From assembly GCA_020726405.1 (NCBI GenBank), contig DYSB01000002.1:1-61593 (forward strand): 61,593 nt of DNA. Direction: 5' to 3'. This DNA comes from Acetofilamentum sp. Lineage in GTDB: Bacteria > CAIWAD01. The notes under the pieces were generated by a model that was given only the letters and a program-made list of their open reading frames with translations, made no database searches and was not told the origin of the DNA. Shown here piece by piece: positions 43,610-51,104 of the stretch. The translations under genes and the position numbers were made by a program. Numbering within the stretch: position 1 is the first letter of the stretch; every line of letters begins with the position of its first letter.

Positions 43610-46258
43610 CTATACCTGCGCCAGGCTGCGGGACACAATCTCATAGGCGTTGGGCGAGAGCTTCTCCGCCGCCGCGGCCCGCTCCAACTGCGCCTTCAGC
43701 TGGGCGCCGCGCTGCGGCTCGAAGCGCCGCCAGGACATCAGGGGCCGCACCATGGCGGCACCCATGTGGGAATTCAAGGCATCCACCTCCAGCAGGCGAT
43801 CCGTGAAGAAGGAATAGGCCAGGCCGTCCTGTTCGTGAAAGCGCGTGGGGTTGTTGACGGCGAAAGCCATCAGCAGGGCGCGCACTTTGTTGGGGTTTCG
43901 CAGATCGAAGGCCGGATGCCCCAGCAGCTCCTGAATCTGCTCCAGGGTGTCCTCCCGCCGCGAAACGGCCTGGACGCTGAACCAGGAATTCATCACCACC
44001 GGATTGCTTCCCCAGCGCCGGGCGAAATCCTGGAGAGCCTCCTGGCGCTCCGGTGCCGTGGTGTGGGTCAGGGCCGCCAGGGCGGCCATGGCATCTGTCA
44101 TGCACGCGGCCTGCTGGTACTGTCGCAGGGCCAGTTGGGCCGGTTCGGAGTCCGCCAGCTCGGAGAGCATCACCAGGCAGAGGTTCTTCAGGGCACGCAT
44201 GCCCACATCCCGCGGGGCGCGGGATGTGGGCCGGGAGTCCAGCTCGCGGCTGTAGCGGCTGTAAAGGGCGTGCAGGTCGTCCCGGCAGGTGCGCGCCAAG
44301 GTTTGCCGATGCAATTCCAGGGACTGCAGCAGCAGCTCCACGGGCACCACGTCCAGCTCCTGCTCCAGCACCGCATAGCCCGGCAGCGCCAAGGCCAGCG
44401 CGATGAAGGCCGGATCCTGATCGGCGTCGGCCAGAGTGCTCCGCCAGGCCTGGACCACGTCCGGGTTCACGGAGACAGGACGCCGCTGGCGCAGGTGCTC
44501 AACACTCTGCAGCAGGGAGGCCAGATAGAGGCGCTGACCGGCCTCCCAGCGCGCGAAAGGATTGCTGTCGTGGGCCAGCAGGAAGCCCAGCTCGCGCTCG
44601 TCGAGTTGGCGGTCCAGCCGGACGGGGGCGCTGAAGTTCCGCAACAGCGAGAGGTGCGGACGGGCAGCCAGGCCGGTGAAGGTGAAGGTCTGCCGCTCTT
44701 CGCGCAGCTCCAGCAGGCGATCGCCCGCTTGGCCGGCGCTCTCGCCTTGCAGTTGCACGGACAGATCGCGTCCCTGCTCATCCAACAGGCCCACCACAAC
44801 AGGAATGTGCAGGGGACCCAGCACCTCCCCCGACCAGCCGGGCACACTCTGCTCCAGTTGCAGCTGCAGTTCTCCCGCCGCGGCGTCCCAGTGCTCGCTC
44901 ACCTGGATCCGGGGCGTCCCCATCTGGCGATACCAGCGCCGGAACTGCCGCAGATCCACGCCGCTGCCGGCTTCCAGGGCGGCCACGAAATCCTCCGTGG
45001 TCACCGCCTGGCCGTCGTGGCGCTGGAAGTAGGTGTCCGTGCCTTTGCGGTAGTTCGCCGCGCCCAACAGGGTGTGCAGCATGCGGATGATCTCCGCGCC
45101 CTTCTCGTAGACCGTGGCGGTGTAGAAGTTGTCGATCTTCTGGTAGCTCACCGGTTGGATGGCATGGGCCATCGGGCTGGCGTCCTCGGGGAACTGCCGC
45201 GAGCGCAGCGTCTGCACGTCCTTGATCCGGCACACGGCGCGCGAGCCCATCTCCGCCGAGAACTCCTGGTCCCGGAACACGGTCAGGCCTTCCTTGAGCG
45301 TGATCTGGAACCAGTCGCGGCAGGTGATCCGGTTGCCCGTCCAATTGTGGAAGTACTCGTGGGCCACGACGCCCTCGATGCGGGCGAACTCGTCGTCCGT
45401 GGTGGCCTCGCGCTGAGCCAGCACCAGGGCGGCATTGAAGATGTTGAGGCCCTTGTTTTCCATGGCGCCCATGTTGAAGGCGTCCACAGCCACGATCATG
45501 AAGATGTCCAGGTCGTACTCGCGGCCATAGGCCCGCTCGTCCCAGGCCATCGCATGCTTGAGGGATTCCATGGCGAAGCCGCATTTGTGCACGTTGTGCG
45601 GCTCCGTGAAAATCCGCAGCGTGACGCTCCGTCCGGTGCAAGTGGCGAAGTGGTCCTCGATGAACTCCAGCGGACCGGCCACCATGGCGAAGAGGTAGCA
45701 TGGCTTGGGGAAGGGATCCTGCCAGCGGGCCCAGTGCCGCCCGTTCTCCAAGTCGCCCTGCGCCACCAAGTTGCCGTTGGACAGCAGGACCGGGCAGCTT
45801 TGCTTGTCCGCCTGGATCGTCGTGGTGTACAAGGCCATCACGTCTGGGCGGTCCAGGAAGTAGGTGATGCGGCGGAAGCCCTCGGCCTCGCACTGGGTGC
45901 AGTAAATGCCATCGGAGCGGTACAGCCCGGACAGTTCCGTGTTGGCGTCAGGATTGATGCGGGTCAGGATCTCCAGCACATGCCGGTCCCGCAGACCTTC
46001 CACCACGAGGTCGCCCTCTTCGAGCCGCCAGCTGCCGGCGGGCGGCACCGCGTCATCCACCGCCAATCCCACCAGTTCCACGGCTTCACCCCGCAGACAG
46101 AGGGGACCGCCGGGGCCCGCGGGGTTCTTCCGCACGGCCAACCGCGCCCGCACCATGGTGTGGTCGGCTTGTAGATCCAGAACAAGATCGACGGAATCCA
46201 CCAGCCAAGCGCTCGGCTGATAATCTTTCAAGTAAGTGGTGTGGGCTTGCCTTGACAT
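43610..46258 (-). CDS. pepN: Aminopeptidase N (M1 family, cytoplasmic)
   Basis: 882 aa. GAMENKGLNIF, then HEYFHNWTGNRITCRDWFQITLKEGLTVF. AGGGGA upstream of the ATG. Confidence 0.95.
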   Translation of the reverse strand: MSRQAHTTYLKDYQPSAWLVDSVDLVLDLQADHTMVRARLAVRKNPAGPGGPLCLRGEAVELVGLAVDDAVPPAGSWRLEEGDLVVEGLRDRHVLEILTRINPDANTELSGLYRSDGIYCTQCEAEGFRRITYFLDRPDVMALYTTTIQADKQSCPVLLSNGNLVAQGDLENGRHWARWQDPFPKPCYLFAMVAGPLEFIEDHFATCTGRSVTLRIFTEPHNVHKCGFAMESLKHAMAWDERAYGREYDLDIFMIVAVDAFNMGAMENKGLNIFNAALVLAQREATTDDEFARIEGVVAHEYFHNWTGNRITCRDWFQITLKEGLTVFRDQEFSAEMGSRAVCRIKDVQTLRSRQFPEDASPMAHAIQPVSYQKIDNFYTATVYEKGAEIIRMLHTLLGAANYRKGTDTYFQRHDGQAVTTEDFVAALEAGSGVDLRQFRRWYRQMGTPRIQVSEHWDAAAGELQLQLEQSVPGWSGEVLGPLHIPVVVGLLDEQGRDLSVQLQGESAGQAGDRLLELREERQTFTFTGLAARPHLSLLRNFSAPVRLDRQLDERELGFLLAHDSNPFARWEAGQRLYLASLLQSVEHLRQRRPVSVNPDVVQAWRSTLADADQDPAFIALALALPGYAVLEQELDVVPVELLLQSLELHRQTLARTCRDDLHALYSRYSRELDSRPTSRAPRDVGMRALKNLCLVMLSELADSEPAQLALRQYQQAACMTDAMAALAALTHTTAPERQEALQDFARRWGSNPVVMNSWFSVQAVSRREDTLEQIQELLGHPAFDLRNPNKVRALLMAFAVNNPTRFHEQDGLAYSFFTDRLLEVDALNSHMGAAMVRPLMSWRRFEPQRGAQLKAQLERAAAAEKLSPNAYEIVSRSLAQV

Positions 46259-46353
46259 CTAATTCCCCTGTATGAATCATCCGCCGCAAGGCGGTTGAAA
46301 TTGACTGGCTCGCACAGGGAAAAAGTAAGCAATTGAGAGGGGGAGCGGGAGAA

Positions 46354-46388
46354 GGCGGGAGAAAGAAAGCCCGGATTGGAATCCGGGC
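46354..46388 (-). terminator. Orphan intrinsic terminator read on the minus strand
   Basis: GCCCGGA-ttccaa-TCCGGGC is followed by TTTCTTTCTC on the minus strand. There is no minus-strand CDS upstream of it. Confidence 0.5.
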
Positions 46389-46497
46389 TGTTCTGCTAGA
46401 GTCGGCTGCCTATCCGACGCCCAGCGAGCCGGACTTGCGTCCGGCGCCCACCCGCCCCTGCGGTTGGGCAAAGCTAATCCAGCTTTGCACAGGCTAC

Positions 46498-46596
46498 AGG
46501 GGTTCTTGAAAGTCCTTGAGGGTTGGGACATTCGGTCCCTGCTTTGGACGCCGCGACCGTGCCGTGACCGATCCACAAGAACTTTCGAGAACCCCT
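46498..46596. repeat. 99-nt imperfect palindrome; candidate structured RNA or MITE-like element
   Basis: A 16-bp closing stem AGGGGTTCTTGAAAGT / ACTTTCGAGAACCCCT has one T-G wobble. Four more pairs follow after a 1x1 mismatch. The inner hairpin is GGGAC-attcg-GTCCC. Confidence 0.6.
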
Positions 46597-46858
46597 ATAA
46601 GTGCGTGCCAAAATTGATCCCCTTACCCATCAACAAAACGAGTCCTAAACCCCCGCCCAAATTTGTGCATCGCTGTGCGGAATCCGTCACCCCATCCTGA
46701 TCTTATGGCTTTCCAGTGTGTGATTGGCGCGCACATAGGGGTCATGAGCGAACCATTCTTCCGCTCCCAGGCAAGTGGTACGTTGAGCCCTGACACAACG
46801 AGGGCCAGCGTCCAACGGGGCGCGTTCGAGGGTCCCGAGGTCTAGCGAGGGAGGAGCC

Positions 46859-47467
46859 ATGCTGACCTGGATCTGGTTGGGGCTGGTGGTGGGCAGCGTG
46901 GTGGTGGGGGCCTTCACTGGCCGCCTGGACGAGGTCACCAAGGCGGCCTTCGACATGGCGGGAACCGCGGTAACCATCGCCATCTCGCTCATCGGCGTGA
47001 TGAGCCTGTGGCTGGGCCTGATGCGCGTGGCGGAAAAGGCCGGACTGATCCAGCTGCTGGCCCGGGCCCTGAAGCCTGTCTTCCGGCGCCTCTTTCCGGA
47101 AATCCCCGATGGCCACCCGGCGCTGGGCAGCATCCTGCTCAACGTCAGCGCCTCTTGGCTGGGTCTGGGCAACGCCGCCACGCCGCTGGGCCTCAAGGCC
47201 ATGGAGCAGTTGCAGGAATTGAACCCGCTGAAGGACACGGCCAGCAACAGTCAGGTGACGTTCCTGGCCATCAACACGGCCAGCATTACGCTGATCCCGG
47301 CCACCATCATCGCCCTGCGCGCCGGGGCGGGCAGCGCCAACCCGACCGAGATCGTGGGCACCACGCTGGTCGCCTCGGGCTGCGCCACGGTGACGGCCGT
47401 CCTGGCCAGTCGCCTGCTGCAGCGCTTCTTCCCGGCCCGCCGCGCCGGAGAGGTGAACGATGCTTGA
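46859..47467 (+). CDS. Nucleoside-recognition (Gate) domain membrane protein, SpmA-like
   Basis: GAGGGAGGAG upstream. Family pattern TAVTIAISLIGVMSLWLGLMRVAEKAGL...NVSASWLGLGNAATPLGLKAM. Confidence 0.85.
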   Translation: MLTWIWLGLVVGSVVVGAFTGRLDEVTKAAFDMAGTAVTIAISLIGVMSLWLGLMRVAEKAGLIQLLARALKPVFRRLFPEIPDGHPALGSILLNVSASWLGLGNAATPLGLKAMEQLQELNPLKDTASNSQVTFLAINTASITLIPATIIALRAGAGSANPTEIVGTTLVASGCATVTAVLASRLLQRFFPARRAGEVNDA

Positions 47468-48005
47468 CGCGCTGCGCCCCGCCATCGACACCTTTTCTTA
47501 CGCCATGGTGCCCTTCCTCTTCGTCGCCATTCCCGTGCTGGCCGTAGCCCGCAAGGTCCGCCTCTACGAGGAATTCGTGGAGGGCGCCAAGGGCGGCTTC
47601 GAAACGGCCTTGCGGATCATTCCTTACCTGGTGGCGATCCTGGTGGCCATCGGCATGTTTCGCGCCTCCGGCGCGCTGGATTTGCTGGCCGGCCTGTTGG
47701 CCCCGCTGACCGAACGGATCGGCCTGCCGGCGGAAATCCTGCCCGTGGCGCTGATGCGTCCGCTCTCGGGCTCCGGCAGCCTGGGCTTGGTAACGGAATT
47801 GATCCAGGTCCACGGGCCGGATTCGCTCATCGGGCGGATCGCCTCCACCATTTACGGATCCACCGAGACCACCTTTTACGTGCTGGCCGTCTACTTCGGC
47901 TCCGTGGGCATCCGGCGCACGCGGCACGCCGTGGTGGCCGGCCTGCTGGCGGACTGCGTGGGCATCCTGACCGCCGTCTGGATCTGCCGGGCCATGTTCC
48001 TCTAG
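47460..48005 (+). CDS. Nucleoside-recognition domain membrane protein, SpmB-like
   Basis: 8-nt overlap with the previous gene. MRPLSGSGSLG...GSTETTFYVLAVYFGSVGI. Confidence 0.85.
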   Translation: MLDALRPAIDTFSYAMVPFLFVAIPVLAVARKVRLYEEFVEGAKGGFETALRIIPYLVAILVAIGMFRASGALDLLAGLLAPLTERIGLPAEILPVALMRPLSGSGSLGLVTELIQVHGPDSLIGRIASTIYGSTETTFYVLAVYFGSVGIRRTRHAVVAGLLADCVGILTAVWICRAMFL

Positions 48006-48258
48006 CAGCCTGTCGGGCTTGGGCCTTGGATGGGATTCGCGCCCATGTCGAGACCGGTTTTTTCGGAAGTTTCGCTGAGCATACTGGTGGTCTGTTCAAG
48101 AAACTTGCGGTAAATCCGGACCGATAGGGGCGATGAAGACCGCCAAGCGACCAAGTCCGACAGGCTGCTCGGATTCAGTCAGGCCCGGCCCGCGACATAC
48201 ATCCCGAAAACAAGCGCCGGATCCCGCGGGGAATCCGGCGCTTGCCTGTTCTGGCCAA

Positions 48259-48283
48259 AAGGTCAGGTGCAGCACCTGACCTT
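48259..48283 (-). terminator. Hairpin terminator after the S8 gene; member of a repeated palindrome family
   Basis: 11-bp stem AAGGTCAGGTG/CACCTGACCTT, followed on the minus strand by TTTTGG. It starts 20 nt after the stop at 48303. Confidence 0.7.
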
Positions 48284-48302
48284 ATGGGTCTGACTGTCTG
48301 GG

Positions 48303-50840
48303 TTAATAGACCACGCGCACCTGATAGAAGCACAGGGGGCCGGATTCGTTCAGCTGGAAACCAGGGACGAGCACTTCGCCCAGCAAGGGCGGAGCCGCGT
48401 CCCAGGGCTGGGTGGCGCCATAGACTCGGTAGGCCAGGGCGCTCGGCTGGGGGCTCCAGTTCAGTGTGACCACGCCTCCCGACCAGGCGATGCTCAAGTC
48501 GTCGACGGGCAGGCCGGCCGAAACGGGCAGCAGGGCCAGCAGTTTGAAGTCGTCCAGGTACCAACCTTCACGCGTGGTGCCCGTGTCCGTGCCGAACAGC
48601 CAGCGCAGCTGGACGGTCGTGGTGCCGAAGGGCACGCTGACACTCAGGCGCGACCAGTCGGCGTTGCCGCTGAGCATCGGCCGGGGAACACCCAACCAGG
48701 CCACCAGAGCCGCGGTGGAGGTGCGATTGCGTAGGTCGTGGGTGTAGTCGGAGTTGGGCAAGGCGTCCTGCCACGGACTGCCGTCCAAGCTCACCTGCAG
48801 TACGCCGCCGTCGTAGCAGGAATCCGGGTAAGTCCCGGAGGTCTCCGCCGCCAGCCAACTGCGCACGCTGGCCACGATCTCCAGGGCACCCGCCGGAATG
48901 GCCAGCACCGGGCTGCTGAGCACGCCGCCCGCGTTGTCCGCGTAATTGGCCGAACCCGTCCCGCCGAACTTCCAACTCTGGCTGCCTTCATAGGCCCGGG
49001 CCGCCTCCAGATGCCACTGGTCCGTAAGTCCGCCGCCGCCCTCGTGGGTGAACGTGCTGGTGCCGTTGAAGCCTTCGGCGAACAGCAGGGTGTAGACCGC
49101 GTAGCTGGCCACGTTGGTGCTGGCGCTGTTGGCGTTCTCCGAGGCGTCCACAGCCGTGATGGAATACTCCACCACGCTGCCGCCGGTCTGGCCCGGAATC
49201 TGGCCCGACCAAGTGGAGCCGTTTTGGGTCATGGCCACGCTGTTCCAGGCCTGGTCCGGCAGCCGCCAGGCCAGTGTCACGGAGGCCAGGCCGCTGGCGT
49301 CGGTGATCTGCGCGCTCACCGTCTGGGGCTGGTCTGCCAGTGCCAGGTCCAGGCTGACCGGCAGGAGGTTGGGCGGATAGATGTCGTTGAAGCCGGACAA
49401 CGCGGCCAGCACGGCCTCGTAGGCGTCCACCAAACCGTGCCCATAGGTGTTGTCTTCGCCCGCCGTGCCCAGATCCACCGCCGTGTCCATCAGGATCTGC
49501 TTGATGGCATCCACTTCGATATCCGGGTTGGCGGAGCGCATCAGGGCCACCACGCCGGCCACGTGCGGGCCGGCCATGGACGTGCCGCTCATGGTCGTGT
49601 AGTTGCCGTTGTTGTAGCAGCTGTAGGTGTCCACGCCCGGCGCGCTCACTTCAGGCTTCATGGCGAAGGCGCCCCCACAACCGGATGGGCCGCGGGAAGA
49701 GAAGCTGGCGATGGTGTAGGGCGCCGTGGGGTTGGTGGCGCCCACGGAGAAGCAGTTGTAGGGCGTCAACGCGCGGTCGCCCGGGCTGCGCAGGGTCGTG
49801 GCCCCCGGACCTTCGTTGCCCGCGGACCAGGTGACGCAGACGCCCGCGGCCTCGCAGTTGTCGATGGCCGCCCACCAGCGGCTGTCGCAGTCGAAGTAAC
49901 CGCTGAAGCCCTCGTTGACGCCCCAGCTGTTCTGCACCACGTCCGGCACGTCGTCGATGGTGCCCGGATCGTCGTCCGGATCGGCCATGAACTGGAAGGA
50001 GGCGATCACGGCGTTGTCGAAGCCGGCGCCCGTGCTCATGTTGATGCAGTTGCTGGCGATCCACTGGGCGCCGGGAGCCACGCCTACTTCCAGGCCCGGA
50101 GCGCCGCCCACCATGGTGCCCATGGTGTGCGTGCCATGGCCATGGCCGTCCGCCGGAGTCATATCGCCAAACCCGGCAGCGTCCAGCCAGCACTCCGCCG
50201 TGGGATGCCCGTTGTTGCCCCGCCAGCGGGAGGAAAGCGCCGCGTGCGTGCCCAGCACGCCGGTGTCGATGCCGCCCACCAGCGCGCCCATACCCGTCAC
50301 GCCCAGCTGGTTCCAGACTTCCAGCGCACGGACGGCCAAGACTCCGGGCTCCGGCGTGCGCTGGCCGTCGCCTGAAGGATGCTCGCCCGGAGTGGCGGGC
50401 AGAATAGGATCGATCAGCTCCACCAGCAGCTCGGGCTCGGCCTGCGCCACGTCGCCCCGGGCAGCCAGTTCGCGCAGCACGCCCAGCGGCGCGTTGACCA
50501 GGACGGCGTTGGTGATCCAGTAAGACGTGTAGCCCTTGACCTTGCCCGTGTTCCACAGTTGTTCCAGACTGCGCAGCAAGTCCTTCTGACTGGAGGCAGC
50601 GCGCTCCTTCAGGCTGTGCACCACGGCCTCGTGCCGGACGGCGCGCGTGGCCCGCCGGGCGTGCAGGTCGGCATCCAGGCCCGCGATGTCCGCCTGCTCC
50701 CGCATGGACAGCAGAACCGTCAGCGCTTCGTCGGCGGACCGGCCGGCGGCCAGCCGCTCCAGCCCGGCGGAGAACTGTCCCGCCGCGGCGGCTCCGGCCA
50801 GGGCCAGAACCAGGCTTCCCAATGTCAAGCAACGCTTCAT
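48303..50840 (-). CDS. S8-family subtilisin-like serine peptidase, 845 aa, secreted
   Basis: Signal peptide and an I9-like propeptide. Catalytic D (GGIDTGV), H (HGHGTHTMG) and S (SGTSMAGPHVAG). Ig-like, MAM-like jelly-roll and FN3-like C-terminal domains follow. Confidence 0.9.
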   Translation of the reverse strand: MKRCLTLGSLVLALAGAAAAGQFSAGLERLAAGRSADEALTVLLSMREQADIAGLDADLHARRATRAVRHEAVVHSLKERAASSQKDLLRSLEQLWNTGKVKGYTSYWITNAVLVNAPLGVLRELAARGDVAQAEPELLVELIDPILPATPGEHPSGDGQRTPEPGVLAVRALEVWNQLGVTGMGALVGGIDTGVLGTHAALSSRWRGNNGHPTAECWLDAAGFGDMTPADGHGHGTHTMGTMVGGAPGLEVGVAPGAQWIASNCINMSTGAGFDNAVIASFQFMADPDDDPGTIDDVPDVVQNSWGVNEGFSGYFDCDSRWWAAIDNCEAAGVCVTWSAGNEGPGATTLRSPGDRALTPYNCFSVGATNPTAPYTIASFSSRGPSGCGGAFAMKPEVSAPGVDTYSCYNNGNYTTMSGTSMAGPHVAGVVALMRSANPDIEVDAIKQILMDTAVDLGTAGEDNTYGHGLVDAYEAVLAALSGFNDIYPPNLLPVSLDLALADQPQTVSAQITDASGLASVTLAWRLPDQAWNSVAMTQNGSTWSGQIPGQTGGSVVEYSITAVDASENANSASTNVASYAVYTLLFAEGFNGTSTFTHEGGGGLTDQWHLEAARAYEGSQSWKFGGTGSANYADNAGGVLSSPVLAIPAGALEIVASVRSWLAAETSGTYPDSCYDGGVLQVSLDGSPWQDALPNSDYTHDLRNRTSTAALVAWLGVPRPMLSGNADWSRLSVSVPFGTTTVQLRWLFGTDTGTTREGWYLDDFKLLALLPVSAGLPVDDLSIAWSGGVVTLNWSPQPSALAYRVYGATQPWDAAPPLLGEVLVPGFQLNESGPLCFYQVRVVY
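48306..48518 (-). other. Terminal FN3-like domain of the 845-aa S8 protease
   Basis: VDDLSIAWSGGVVTLNWSPQPSALAYRVYGATQPWDAAPPLLGEV...CFYQVRVVY. Confidence 0.6.
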
Positions 50841-51044
50841 GCTGGGTCATCCTTATCGCTAGAACAGCTTGTGCAGAATTGGTCGCTTTGGCCAGCACGA
50901 TCGCACCCCGCCCCGGGCGAGGACAATTCAGGTTCGAGACAGAGCGCTGCCGGAAGAATCACATCCCAAATCGGCAGCACGGCTGGCTTGAGTGCTGAAC
51001 AAGCTCAGGATCCGAGGCTGCAAAGAGCGTGCCCCGGGCCGACG

Positions 51045-51079
51045 AAGAAAAAAGCCCCCCGCGATGGCTCGCGGGGGGC
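51045..51079 (-). terminator. Intrinsic terminator after the large S8 gene
   Basis: 11-bp stem GCCCCCCGCGA/TCGCGGGGGGC, followed on the minus strand by TTTTTT. Confidence 0.85.
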
Positions 51080-51104
51080 TGGTTGGGAACCGAATGTGGC
51101 CCGC

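Noticed and set aside
46259-46858. Known housekeeping RNAs (RNase P, tmRNA, SRP or 6S RNA) or a ZTP-like riboswitch in the long spacer.
   Set aside because: I found no GAGGAAAGUCCGGGC or ACAGAACCCGGCUUA-type RNase P boxes, no tRNA-like 3' end with a T-arm, and no SRP domain IV motif. The GGGTCATGAGCGAACC...CCGCTCCCAGGCA stretch near 46738 only loosely resembles the ZTP core, and the downstream genes are not purine or folate genes.
46859-48005. SpmA/SpmB naming as evidence for sporulation.
   Set aside because: These nucleoside-recognition-domain membrane proteins are widespread in non-sporulating bacteria, and no sporulation genes are present.
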